Positions 13,525-26,336 are shown, counted from the first letter of the stretch. The stretch: DNA of 64,000 nt from Octopus bimaculoides (GCF_001194135.2 NC_068983.1:22915781-22979780); one strand, 5' to 3'. Notes: a model not told the origin generated them from the sequence alone. A program made the numbers and translations.

Positions 13525-14450
13525 TGTAGTGAAACCTCTCTCTCGGGCATTCAATCACAAATGATAACGAAGCTGCTAACATCTAGCCTTCGGCTACCTT
13601 GGACCCTTCTGTCCATCAACCTGATTGGTTCTTATTTCGCGCGGCAATTGTCCCCATGTTCTGCTTGCTAAGGGGGCATTACATCCAATCGTGGCTTTGG
13701 GATAAAGTCACGTGAGATAGAGTTTTTCTGGGTTTCCGGTGAGCCCTTTTTCGCCTATAAATAAGCCCGATCCAACGACGGCAATCGTCTTCAATTTCAG
13801 ATCTCTCACAGGTCTGGTCGTTGACCACACACATACAGCTACAGCCAGTTCCAGCGCCGACGTCTACACCACCAATGCACTGTCTACCATTGTCGTCGCC
13901 AGCAACACCAACATCAACAAGTGCGGTTTTATCTTCACTGTTTGAGTGGATGTTTCCACTCACGATCAACAATCAGAATTAACCAGCTAGAATATACTAT
14001 ACCAGGTAACACATGTCGCAGCATTCGACGCTCAACACACATAGTGTGATACTACAGCTCTGCTCCTTGGCCACAACTTCCTGGTTTTTCTCTATCTCAG
14101 TGTTAGAGACCTTTTACAGTCTATGTTACAGACACTCTTTCTATGTTCTGTGTTTCCTCTCATTCACACGCACACTTGTACACACACTATTGTTTATACG
14201 ACTGTCCGCCACTTCACATTGTTGTATACCTTCTCTTGTACACGAAGGCCTGATTTATCTACTGTGTTAATTTTATATGTCGCATGCACGCGCACACAGA
14301 CACAAACAGTTACACTTTGTTAATAAACTTACTCTCATTATAAATCATATCGGTTGTCTGTCCTAATCTGTTTCTTTACTGGCACTCGGCTTGTATCTCA
14401 CGATGAGCCTTCTATCTTATATATCTTGTTTTGTGTTCGACCGTGCGACA
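13525..14450 (+). mobile_element. LTR-like unit (probable solo or truncated LTR); right end is either 14450 or 14741
   Basis: Starts TGTAG, carries CCAAT/E-box/TATA, has AATAAA at ~14323 and ends ...gtgcgACA followed by TGGT. The alternative end CTACA at 14741 gives a cgttt/ggttt near-TSD. No second LTR or gag/pol was seen. Confidence 0.5.
13620..13795 (+). promoter_or_regulatory. Pol II core promoter-like cluster
   Basis: gattgg (reverse CCAAT) ~13623, CCAAT ~13685, gtCACGTGag E-box ~13709, TATAAATA 13756-13763; downstream donor CAG|GTAACA at 14006. Confidence 0.55.
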
Positions 14451-14795
14451 TGGTAAAAAGGAGCCTTTTCCGTCTACGTCGCCATCTCCTTTGGTTCGCA
14501 CGGTCGAAGTATTTACAGTTTTAACCAACGACGCTATTGTTCACCAATGGCAATATACATGAAACGAATAACGTAACTCGCTGTGTATTGTACAACTCTT
14601 TGTAATCTAGACTAGTTGGTTATATTGCATATTTCTGTTTCCTCGTTCTTCTGTGTTGAGTGAATCTGCTTACATAATAAATAATTAGATAACTGCTGAA
14701 TTGTATATTAAGAAATCTAGTTGCTGATATGGTGATCTACAGGTTTGCTAACTAGTTGTTATTTCATTAAATTCTCTTAGGAATAAAAACACCTG

Positions 14796-14872
<77 letters not shown>

Positions 14873-15639
14873 TCTATGTTTGTGAGTATGCGTTTCTTTG
14901 TTCTGATCTACTTGCATAATTAATCGGTGTTTTTTCCCCACTTTCTACTTGAGCAACATTTGGAACCTCCCCAAATGTTTACAGTTCTGGCTTGGGTTTA
15001 TATCAAGCAAAACTGGACCAAAACAATGGGTTTATTGTGGAAATACCTTTCCAGTATTAATTGCTTTGTGTGCATGGTGAAGGCGAATGTAAAATGTGAA
15101 GTCAATGACAGGATACTTATTAATATATAAATATTTGAAGGTCAAGTAGCTGAGAATGGAGAGCTCTAAAAATTTACTTACTATATTTGCTTTTTAGTTC
15201 AAACCCTATGCAGGTCAACTTTGCTTCTCATCATCTTTCCAATGATAATAATACTGGTTTTAACTAAGAACTTATATTTATGAAGGAAATTGTTAGTTGC
15301 TGTGACAAGAGCAACATTTTATTTTTTTAATCTGGGTTTCTTAGTTTTGGATTTATATACATTGTAGAGAATCCACTTTATGAAATAAATTCAAATGATT
15401 AAAGCTCCATCTTAGGAAAATTTGCCTTAATTAAAATCAAAAGAAATCAATTTATTTAGGATAGAAATAGGACAGAATTGTTAGCATCCAGGCAAAATGC
15501 TTAGCAGTATTTCCTCCCTCCTTATTTTCCAAGTTCACATTCCACCGAGGTCGATTTTGCTTTCCTTCCTTTTGGGATCAATACCAGTTGAGTACTGGGG
15601 TCAATGTAATTGGCTTAACTACTTCTGAGTAAGAGTATA

Positions 15640-15810
15640 AAAAAACTGCACCCCTCTGCCAAGCCAGTGTTAACAGAATAAGTTCATCAAACCAGTATGA
15701 TCTCAAGCTCAAATTCACAACCTCCACATCAGGCCAAGGTTGCTGGAGAGAACATACTGAGGCCTTCGTTCTGCAGTGGACTGAACATAGGCAGTCAATC
15801 CAATCCAATC
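15640..15810 (-). pseudogene. Degraded non-LTR retrotransposon (L1/Tx1-like) ORF2 fragment; homologous copy at ~2890-3030
   Basis: The two segments are clearly homologous (ctgcacccctctgccaagcc...gatctcaagctcaaa...ggagagaacatactgaggcc). The minus frame gives SPLQNEGLSM, resembling the P..GGLG motif after LINE RT domains. Confidence 0.4.
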
Positions 15811-16023
15811 CAGGATAGAAATAATAGTTTCCAACAACTCTGAAAGAAAGGGGATGAGTTGATACTATCAGCCCCAATACTTGTATTATATTTTTATCGA
15901 CCTGAAAGGTTGGATGAAAGATAAAGTTAACCTCTGCAGGATTTGAAGAACCCAAACAAATACTAGAGAGCATTTTTTCCTTGACACTACCATCTTTCTC
16001 TTTCTTTAATATAATAGACTTAA

Positions 16024-16245
16024 CCCTTTCGTTACTGTATTTATTTCGAGATGCTCTGTGTTTCTTGCAATTAATTTTAAATATAAGAAAGAATTTAGTA
16101 AAATAACTTAGTTATCATTAAGCTAGTGTTAGGAGCATAAATTGTGATTAAGGTTTGGTGGAAGATTTTAATTCAAAACTTATGAAAACAAGACACTTGT
16201 ACTACAGAGCCAGAGTCGGTTTCAGCTGGGTTCGTAACGAAAGGG
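16024..16245 (+). mobile_element. piggyBac-type MITE, family 1
   Basis: TTAA-CCCTTTCGTTAC ... GTAACGAAAGGG-TTAA. Further copies at 18084-18298, ~25560-25770 and 54926-55144. Confidence 0.9.
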
Positions 16246-16249
16246 TTAA

Positions 16250-17182
16250 CCCTTTCGTTACTATATTTCTGGCCAAAATACACCCCTCATGAGTTTCAAT
16301 TAAATTCTAAAATAATCATGAATTTAGACTAGTCTCATTAAACACCTGTAACTTTTTTATTTATCAACATATTAATGTGATATTTGGAACATAATTAAAG
16401 AAAGGGTTCTTAATCAATTCTATTGCATAAGTTTTGTNNNNNNNNNNNNNNNNNNNNNNNNNNNNNNNNNNNNNNNNNNNNNNNNNNNNNNNNNNNNNNN
16501 NNNNNNNNNNNNNNNNNNNNNNNNNNNNNNNNNNNNNNNNNNNNNNNNNNNNNNNNNNNNNNNNNNNNNNNNNNNNNNNNNNNNNNNNNNNNNNNNNNNN
16601 NNNNNNNNNNNNNNNNNNNNNNNNNNNNNNNNNNNNNNNNNNNNNNNNNNNNNNNNNNNNNNNNNNNNNNNNNNNNNNNNNNNNNNNNNNNNNNNNNNNN
16701 NNNNNNNNNNNNNNNNNNNNNNNNNNNNNNNNNNNNNNNNNNNNNNNNNNNNNNNNNNNNNNNNNNNNNNNNNNNNNNNNNNNNNNNNNNNNNNNNNNNN
16801 NNNNNNNNNNNNNNNNNNNNNNNNNNNNNNNNNNNNNNNNNNNNNNNNNNNNNNNNNNNNNNNNNNNNNNNNNNNNNNNNNNNNNNNNNNNNNNNNNNNN
16901 NNNNNNNNNNNNNNNNNNNNNNNNNNNNNNNNNNNNNNNNNNNNNNNNNNNNNAAATGTGGAAAGAAATCTTCCAAAATTCACTGAGTTCAAATATCAGG
17001 CCAAACAATGTGGGAGACAATAACTCAACTGTTTGCAAAGTGAAATCAGGTGTTTTAACGACTGTATTAACGAGATTTGGGTTCAAATATACATTTAAAT
17101 AACAATGGGTATGCTCGGCCGGCTACGGCCGGGTTAGTCTTATGAACCAAAAAATTTTTGGGCCGGGTTAGTAACGAAAGGG
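16250..17182. mobile_element. Larger piggyBac-type non-autonomous element (contains an assembly gap); shares one TTAA with the preceding MITE
   Basis: TTAA(16246-16249)-CCCTTTCGTTAC ... GTAACGAAAGGG-TTAA(17183-17186). Confidence 0.8.
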
Positions 17183-17669
17183 TTAATGTGAATTTTTGAA
17201 AATTCACACGAATATTTGAATTAGGTTTGCCATATAAAAGCAAATTCAATCCTCTTTTTTAAATCATTTATTCATTTATTTGGGAGATTCCATTTAGCTT
17301 CTCTGTTTGCTATTTATTAGTAAAAGGAAACTAATGAGATAACGTTTCCATTGTAGTTGCTTGAAATGCATAAAATATATGGAATCATAGATAATATCTA
17401 ACTGTGGTTACAAGATAAATGGTGGGTCTGTTTGCATCTAATTTTAGGCCAAGTAGTTCAAAGATGAATATCTTTCTTGATTATCCTCATTTAATGATGA
17501 AAATGTTTATTATAAAATTGATAGCCTATGGATGAGAGCCCTAATAGTGTGCTGGACTGATAACTAAGGGAGTACATGGTTCACATCACATAACTATTGC
17601 TGTTCTTGGAACTGAGCCAAGATTGAAGAGGATATAGCAAGATTATTATCAAGTCAGCAAGCTGAAGGC

Positions 17670-18520
17670 AGAGGGCTGGCAGAAGCATTAGTACGCTGGG
17701 CGAAATGCTTAGTGGTATTTCGTCTGTCTTCACATTCTCAGTTCAAATTCTGCCGAGGTCGACTTTGCCTTTCATCCTTTCAGAGTCAATAAATTAAGTA
17801 CCAGTTGTGTACTGGGGTTGATCTAATCAACTGGACCCTTCCCCCCAAATTTCAGGCCTTGTGCCTAAAGTAGAAAGGATTATTAAATCAGCAAGCTGGC
17901 AGAATTGTTGGTACATCAGGCAAAATGCTTAGTGAAATTTTGTCTGTCCTTACGTCTGTCTTGCTCTTAATTCCTTTAGGTTCAATAAAATTAGTACCAG
18001 TTGAGCACTATGATTGATGTAATCAATTATCCCCTTCCACTAAAATCACTGACCTTGTGCCAAGATTTGAAACTTATTATTAACCCTTTTGTTACCATAT
18101 TTCTGTCACTCTGTTTCTTTCAATTAATTTTAAATATAACAAAGAATTTAGCAAAATAACTTAGTTGTCATTAAGCTAGTGTTAAGAACATAAATTGTGA
18201 CTAAGGTTTGGTGGAAGATTTTAATTCAGAACTTATGAAAACAAGACATTTGTACTACAGAGCCAGATGTGGTTTCAGCAGGGTTGGTATCAAAAGGGTT
18301 AAGGCAGTAAACTGAGAGAATTGTTAGCACACTAGGCAAAATGCTTAGACATATTGTTTGTCTTTACATTCTGAGTTCAAATTCTGCCATGTTGACTTTG
18401 CCTTTCATCCTTTTGGAGTTGATTAAAATAACTACTAGGTGAGCACTAGGGTCGATGTAATTGATTTATCCCTCCCCCCAAATTGCTGGCCTTGTGCCAA
18501 CATTTGAAACAATTATTATT
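17670..18520 (+). mobile_element. Tandem cluster of SINE family B (gctggcagaa..gttagc...gagttcaaattc.gccgaggtc.actttgcctttcatcc...(ATT)n)
   Basis: Three head-to-tail copies. Further clusters at ~32430-32860 and ~35300-36130; single copies at ~970-1195(-), 2700-2880, 9510-9720(-), 27035-27250(-), 46925-47250(-) and 59865-60065. Confidence 0.85.
18084..18298 (+). mobile_element. piggyBac-type MITE family 1 inserted between tandem SINEs
   Basis: TTAA TSDs at 18080-18083 and 18299-18302; CCCTTTT...AAAAGGG ends. Confidence 0.9.
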
Positions 18521-19057
18521 ATTCTGTTAGGTGTCTATGTTGAGTTTAAATTTTCTCCTATCAATGCCACTTGGAGTTAAGCTCTGCCAGAATCACTAAC
18601 TTTAGATGCACTACAGAAAGTCCTCCATTAGTTCCATTATAAATTAGTTTCAAGTAGATGTTCCCACTGAAATTGTGGAAAGCTCTATTTCAATTGATAT
18701 AGTCTTCTTACTATCATCTCCATGGTAGTGCTGAGAACTGACTCTTTGCATGTGTCACATTTCTAGAATAACATCTGTTCATCCCTCTTGTTCTTTAAAT
18801 TAAATTACATCTCAGTGGCTTAACAAGAGAAGTTTTTTTTTTTTTTCAACTAAATATGGCAAAGATATTAATCTCAACAAAACTTTATTACTTTTTCATG
18901 GTTTTTGTTTTTTTTTAAATTCAATATTTCATTATTCGGATTTACATGCGAGGCATTGTTTCAATCTAGTTTAACTAAAATCTGATATCAGAAGTTCAAT
19001 GGGCCTTTCTCAAATACAATATCATCAATTTAGAATGGAAGTAAATATTACTATTAA

Positions 19058-19274
19058 CCCTTTAGCATTCACACCAGCCATATCTAGCCCAAATATTCTG
19101 CCTGTTTTATGGTCAAGCTAGCCAGATCCAGCCTCTTGCATCTACCCTACAATGTCATTCTAAAAATAAACTGTCCACCATCAAATTCTTAAAGATATGA
19201 TATAATGCATGATTAATTCAAAACAATGTGAATAAATAAATATTACTATTGACAGTAATCTGAATGCTAAAGGG
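19058..19274 (+). mobile_element. piggyBac-type MITE, family 2
   Basis: TTAA-CCCTTTAGCATT ... AATGCTAAAGGG-TTAA. Other copies at 20442-20653, ~24140-24303, 31098-31317 (-), ~55320-55466 and ~56817-57061. Confidence 0.9.
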
Positions 19275-20912
19275 TTAAAGGCTTATCTTCCAGTAATTCA
19301 TATATACTTTGAAAAGCTTTCATTTGATTATGGTATTTACTATTTCTTGAAAAGGAGCCATCAATAACATTTGCTCTTAGATTTAAGTTGAAAATATTTA
19401 AGGAATTTTAGACAACTTTGGGACACTTTCTTTTATATATGGCGAACAGAGTATACATGGTGTGTATGTTTAGAAGTATGATGCTGTAGATGCAGTATTG
19501 TAATAAAAATATAAGCACTAAAGACAAAAATTGCTACAGTTGCAACAGTATGGTCTGATGGATGTTCAGTGTTGGCTTGATTACATAGGAATGAGTTGAG
19601 TATGTCAAGAATATTGTGTACACACGTGCATGTGTATTGGTCTTAGGTTCATTCCCTCATTAGTATATATAGATCAGTCCTTTTAATTTGGATATGTTCA
19701 TATAGTTTGAGCAATTTTACTGCTGGGTAGTCTCTCTAAGTAACTAACTGTAAAGTGGGTGTGGTATTATCTATTTTCTGTTAGGTAGCTTGAGGTAGTC
19801 TGTACAATAAATATAATGTGAAGACAGTAGAAAAGTTGCTGCTTAGCTTCAGTTGGCATTAAGCAGTTGAGATCTTCTACTTGGTATGATCATCTGTTGC
19901 AGGTATCTTTCTAGAATGATGTACTGTAAGGGTTCTCAAACCAGGGCATGTAACAGAAATTGCATGGTTATGTAATGTTTGTAAAAGCATTGGGATTTTG
20001 AGGTGATCATTTTACCAGCAGAACACAACTGTGTGTCTAGAAAATGATGTGAAGAGCCTTTTGCTATTTTCTTCCGCTTATTGTTATGCACAAATGTTTT
20101 CAGCAATGTTTATAACCAAAAACAAATTTCTAGCCAAGGTGTTTGTGTCCCTCTGAAACTGTACTGAGAACTGAGTTCATTACATTCATTAAAATGTGAA
20201 TGTAGATGAGACAGAAACTTTGGCTAGAAACAACAGTCAAAAAAAAAATTCATTACATTCATTAAAAATGTAACATTAAATTAAGCTTTTTTTAACTGAC
20301 ACACAAAGCCAGATATTGATGAGTAAGAAACTTACTAACAACCCTAGACCTTTACTGATACCATATTTTATTGACCCCCGAAAGACAAAAGTCACAGTTG
20401 ATCATAATGTAACTTGGACCCTTTACATTAGATTACATTAACCCTTTAGCATTTTAACTGGCTATATTCAGCCCAGAATATTCTACTTGTTTTATGATCT
20501 TGTCTCTCACACCTACTCTACAATGTTGTTCTAAATATATAAAAATCACATCACTGAAACCTTGAAACTACAAGACAATGCATGTTCAATCAAAAACCAT
20601 GAAAATAAATAAATAAACATTACATTTGATAAAGAAATCTGAATGCCAAAGGATTAATAAATATCACGTCTGTTCTCTGATACCCAACCATTTTACACAC
20701 AATTCTTCACACGGCATTAGCCAACACTGACAGACATGATGAAGAAGAATACAGGGAGACAAACGTTTAAGAACCCTTGATCTAGTGTCTACCCTTCAAG
20801 AATACAGAATTAAGTGTACTACTAAAGTATATTGAGTCTTTTCATTTCTGTCATCAGCTTGTGTCATAACAAATTGGTTGTAATAGGATTTGATCTCTTA
20901 ATATTGTAGCTA

Positions 20913-21290
20913 GGAGGCACAATGGCCCAGTGGTTAGGGCAGCGGATTCGCAGTCATAGGATCGCGATTTCGATTCCCAGACCGGGTGTTGTGAGTGTTT
21001 ATTGAGCGGAAACACCTAAAGCTCCACGAGGCTCCGGCAGGGGATGGTGGCGAACCCTGCTGTACTCTTTCACCACAACTTTCTCTCACTCTTACTTCCT
21101 GTTTCTGTTGTGCCTGTAATTCAAAGGGTCAGCCTTGTCACGCTGAATATCCCCGAGAACTACGTTAAGGGTACACGTGTCTGTGGATTGCTCAACCGCT
21201 TGCACGTTAATTTCACGAGCAGGCTGTTCCATTGATTGGATCAACTGGAACCCTCTACGTCGTAAGCGACGGAGTGCCAACAACAACAAC
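20913..21290 (+). mobile_element. Young full-length tRNA-derived SINE with (AAC)n tail
   Basis: tRNA-like head with A/B boxes (tggcccagtgg...gtttcgattccc-like); perfect 10-bp TSD ATTGTAGCTA at 20903-20912 and 21291-21300; CpGs intact. Older relatives at ~1610-1870 and ~13075-13320. Confidence 0.92.
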
Positions 21291-22504
21291 ATTGTAGCTA
21301 ATAATCTGGAACATTAAACTTAGACATGCTGTCTTCTGTTACTGAATGTTCTGTGTCAGCTATAATGAAGCCAGCATGTGTCACATGCTTTTTATTGATT
21401 GCTGACTAAGTGACCTATAAACAGAATATACAAGACATTACTACTTACTATACTGTGTGACTTTTTATGTATTTATTACTCAAGCATATTGTTGATTATC
21501 CTCCAGATCAGATTGAGCAGACCTATGATCAAAGAAATTCAATCTATGACAATCTCATCTTTTTCTCTCTCCCACCCCCGTAGTAGTATACCATGAAGTA
21601 TATTAGCCAGTGGTGGCTCATGTATCGGAACTGCGGAACCACCTATTTCCTCTTGATATTATCGATAACATTCAGTATTATGGGTTCCTTTTTTCTTTAA
21701 TTCTTTCTTTATACTTGTACATTATATAATCCTTAAGCTTAATGTCAGTAGCCATCCCCTAGTTTATAAGAAAAATACAAAAATTCTTGTATAGAACTGT
21801 GCGCTTCACAATTCCAGCGATGCACTGTTTGGCTGTTGTGCACATGCTCACATGTTGAGATAGGAAGCTTCACACTAGGGAGAGAGAGAGAGCACTTTGT
21901 GAACAACAGTGCTGGGTGGAAGTTAGTGTTTCTTTTTGACTCTGCGCGTGTTGTGCTTAACATGTTTATAGTCTTGAACATGGTAAAGTGTAGGATTAAA
22001 TTATTATCCTGCTTCAAGCTTCAGTGTTGCTGCCAGGATTTGAAAAATCAGGCGCACCCCCCCCCCCCNNNNNNNNNNNNNNNNNNNNNNNNNNNNNNNN
22101 NNNNNNNNNNNNNNNNNNNNNNNNNNNNNNNNNNNNNNNNNNNNNNNNNNNNNNNNNNNNNNNNNNNNNNNNNNNNNNNNNNNNNNNNNNNNNNNNNNNN
22201 NNNNNNNNNNNNNNNNNNNNNNNNNNNNNNNNNNNNNNNNNNNNNNNNNNNNNNNNNNNNNNNNNNNNNNNNNNNNNNNNNNNNNNNNNNNNNNNNNNNN
22301 NNNNNNNNNNNNNNNNNNNNNNNNNNNNNNNNNNNNNNNNNNNNNNNNNNNNNNNNNNNNNNNNNNNNNNNNNNNNNNNNNNNNNNNNNNNNNNNNNNNN
22401 NNNNNNNNNNNNNNNNNNNNNNNNNNNNNNNNNNNNNNNNNNNNNNNNNNNNNNNNNNNNNNNNNNNNNNNNNNNNNNNNNNNNNNNNNNNNNNNNNNNN
22501 NNNN

Positions 22505-22872
22505 GTCCATTCAGCTGATATACATTAAGCGCCGACTACATAAACAAACGATTCTGAAACAATTAACCCTAACCCTAACCCTAGGGTTAGGGTTAGGGTT
22601 AAAGCAAATTTAAAATGAAAAAAGCAAATAAAACGAAGAATCGTTTGTTTATGTAGTCGGCACTTAATGTATATCGGCTGAATGGACGTCAGTGATTGGT
22701 TGAAATTATCGAAATAAGACAATTTTTTACATGAAAGAAATTCGAATACAAAAATATTTTTCTGTTCTATAACACAAAATAGATAAGTATACGAAGTTTG
22801 AAAGTCTTTCGGTACCAAAAACACTACGTAAAACATTAATGAAAAATGTGGCCCCCGTTTTAAAAAAGATCC
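22505..22872. mobile_element. Fold-back Merlin-like MITE with a central telomeric-repeat palindrome (left part lies in the N-gap)
   Basis: Right end ...gcccccgttttaaaaaagatcc matches the TIR of the 57387-58043 element. 22505-22555 pairs with 22637-22687 (49/51). Perfect 40-bp palindrome ttaa(ccctaa)2ccctagggttagggttagggttaa at 22563-22602. Confidence 0.8.
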
Positions 22873-25800
22873 GAAATTATTTCTCTTTGCTTGTGGTGAG
22901 ATATGAATGCAAAGTCTTTTGTTTAAGAAACCAAAACCTTACCTATTTGGTCAATATGATGACTCTTATGAACAAGGAAGACCATACAAAAAGACACCCC
23001 TTTTAACCATCACATAAGTACCAACAACTAGTTTCAATTAAATCAATTATAATTTACTAATTGTCATTCAGATATGTTGATAATGGTTTGAAAACAAACT
23101 TGTTTACATCTATCACTTGACCTAAGAGAAATGCAACAACTTTTGAGTTGAAGGCATTTTTGTAAGTGGCCACTCAAAATGCTAGAAGTAGCAGTCAAAT
23201 ATCCCTTAAATCAAATCCTCACCATGTTGAATAATGAAACATAATGAAGCATGGGGCCTTGGGTGCCTTTAAAGGAGTTGACTCTCTTGTAAATATATGG
23301 ACCAGGTCTCTGGTTTTAGAATACCTTCTTTTCTGAAACCTCTCTTGATTAAAAAGCAAGAAAATAATACCACTAAAATGATGGGAAATTCACCTCCAGT
23401 AGTCTACACTGCTTCTTGGCAATAGAACTTTTTACCCAAAACTTTACATTAAAGAATAGCTTGTTTGTTAATTTACATTTTTGTTGAATTCAAAATTTTG
23501 TGAAGAAATAAAGACGAACATTTTTTTAAAATATGCAGTTTGAATTTAATATAGTTTAACTTTTGTTTACATTTGCAATACTTTAAAAAATGACATTGAT
23601 GATGTATTTAAAACTGTTTCTTATCGAATAGAATGATAGATCTTTAAGTGACTATTGAAAGGACAGTAACATTCTTCTGCTACATCTTTGGTGGTACGTA
23701 ATTATTGTTTAACCCCCAAGTCAGCTCTGATTGAGCTATGATGAAAGGCATTCTAGCTATAGCCATCCTGTCTGTTTTGCATATGTTCATCCTTTGAGAT
23801 GGTATGGTGTGATTTAAGGAAAATTTGACTGTTATTTCTAGCATGTTGAGCAACCATATTCATGCTCCTACTGCTTCTGCAGTCACAAAGAGGAAAGGAG
23901 CTTGGTTATCTCTCTGAAGAAGGATTCCTGCTGCTGTTGTACAAAGTTTGATAGGTTTTCATATATAACATTCATAACTGTGATACCCTAATTCAACAGG
24001 AAATGTAACTTGATCTTTCTGTTGATCCTATCAAATGTCTTGAAGAAATCAACAAATAGAATTGAATTTTGTCTGAAAATTCTGAGCTCTTCTGTGATTC
24101 TTCTAAGGACAATAATTTGCATCAGTGTTGATCTATTTTAGTGAAAACCATTTTGGTTCTGTCACACCTAACCTACATTGAAATTCTAAAAATAAACAAT
24201 CACATCGTTGAAACCTCAAAGCTGTAAGATAATGCATGATTAATTCAAAACAATTTGAGTGAAAAAGTATTACATTTAACAGAGTAATCTGAACATTAAA
24301 GGGTTAAGGAAGAATAAGGAGCATAGAAATGTAGATCTTTTGGTATTGGGTGTAATTTCTATGTAGTTCTGAAGCAGGTGAAGGTTACCTTTCTTTGGCA
24401 GTAGAAATATCAAGCTTGACTTAGTCTAAACAAAGCAATGTTGCAAAAACCAATGACAAGTTGATTCTAGGTCATGTGCACCTGAAAGCATGTGGAAGAT
24501 GGAAATAAAATGTAGGAAATGGAAGTGAAGAACATGTGGTGCAGTTAATAAAATCATAACATCCTTGCTTGTTTAAGATTTTTGTTTTTTTCTATACTGA
24601 CATAGGTTTCATGTTTCTGCAAATTTGGAGTTTTTGCATTAATGATAAACAACCTTCATAACAACAACCATGATAAGAAATTGATACTTCTGCCAAGTAA
24701 TTAAAGCAAATACAAGTACTGTGCTTTTCATTAAAACATTTGAATAAATGAGGAAGATTTTTTTTATGGTTTCTTGGCATGCCAGAAATAGCAATCAGAT
24801 TTCTCTAACTTACAGCTTTTTACTATGTTGCAAAAGGATACAGTGGACGATGTAGTCCCAAATATAGAAAAAGACAGGATGGTCGATCAATTTGAGCAGG
24901 TCTGTGATCAATTAGGACTGACCAGGGCTAAACAACAATACATCATAGAACATGTAATAAAACCATGACAGCAATCAAATTCCTTTACTACTCAACCACT
25001 GCATCACCATCGTTGTCATCGTCATCATCTGGACATTATTGTTTCAAGTCCTAAGATTCATAGGATTGGTTACTCAGTTTCCATGCTGTATAAATAACTG
25101 AGATCACAACATTCTCCCTGAACTGGATGCAGATATGTCATAGGGTTTCTCATTTACTGCTGAATGAACTGGATCAACGTTGAAATGAATTGTTTTTGCT
25201 GAAGAACACAATGCACTGTTCAGTCTGGAAATTGAAACTATAATCTTGTGATCGTGAATGTAACACTCTAACCATTATGCCACATGCCCTTACTACCACT
25301 ACTACTATTTAACATAGATGTATTGAGTCTAATTGACTCTTTCAGATTGCGTATAGAGGTTACTGAGTTTATAGCACCTATTAAAAATGTGCAATTAATG
25401 CTGAATCTAAAATGGGATGAGGATTGTTGTTCAACCCCAGCTTGACTCCAATCAAGCAGACCTATGAACTGAGCAAATGTATTCCAGTTATGACCACCCT
25501 ATCTTTATAGGGGTATTTCTAGGACTTGATTAGCCAATGTGTTCTTTCCTTATCCTTTTAGTTACTAGATTTCTGTTGAAATACACTAATGTTGTTTCAA
25601 TTAATTTTGCAAATGAAGGTAATGAAATAACTTTGCCATTAAACTGGTGTTTAGAACATCAATTAACATGAAATTTTTGGTGGGAGGTTTTAATTTAGGT
25701 CATTTTGAAATAAGAATTCTGTATCTTAGAACCAGTGGCAGTTTCTGGTCGGTTGGTATCAAAAGCATTAAAAAACTAGGGTGTAATTTGAGATTTGGTT

Positions 25801-26336
25801 GCTATTTCTAGCAAGTTATGTGACCTTGTAAGAGCTCCCCAGTTGGTTTAAAATGCTATGTGGGGTTATTTGACATTGACAGGATGAGTTCCAGACAACA
25901 TAGGTTGTTGAAGTGCTATCAGAACTTACTACATTTTGTAATATGATAATGAATAATTCATTGAGTTAAATAATTATTTTTTGTAGTTTTTTTTTATTTG
26001 TTATACTATTTAGTGATTGTTGTTGTTGTATTGCTTCATATCAGTCAAAATCAAACCTATGAACAATAAAAGGATGGCAATCCCATCCTTTCATTTTATT
26101 TTCTTTAATGCTGATATTGGTGTATCTAAGGCCAAGATTGCTCCAATTAAATGGCAAATAATTAGTAATCTGACATTTTGCTGATTGATCAATATTCATT
26201 TTTGGGTCAGTTCATTGGTTTTGATAACTTGTTGTTCATGTCTTTTTTTGTTATTATTGAAAGACATGTATACTGGAACAAGAAAAACACGGGCAATAGA
26301 AATTCAGAAAATATTGAATTCAACAACTAGACTCCT

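Noticed and set aside
20913-20990. tRNA gene
   Set aside because: No complete cloverleaf; it continues into a SINE body and tail bounded by a TSD.
22563-22602. Chromosome end-to-end fusion scar or true telomere
   Set aside because: Only ~3 repeats per side, embedded in a TIR element that has a relative at 57 kb.
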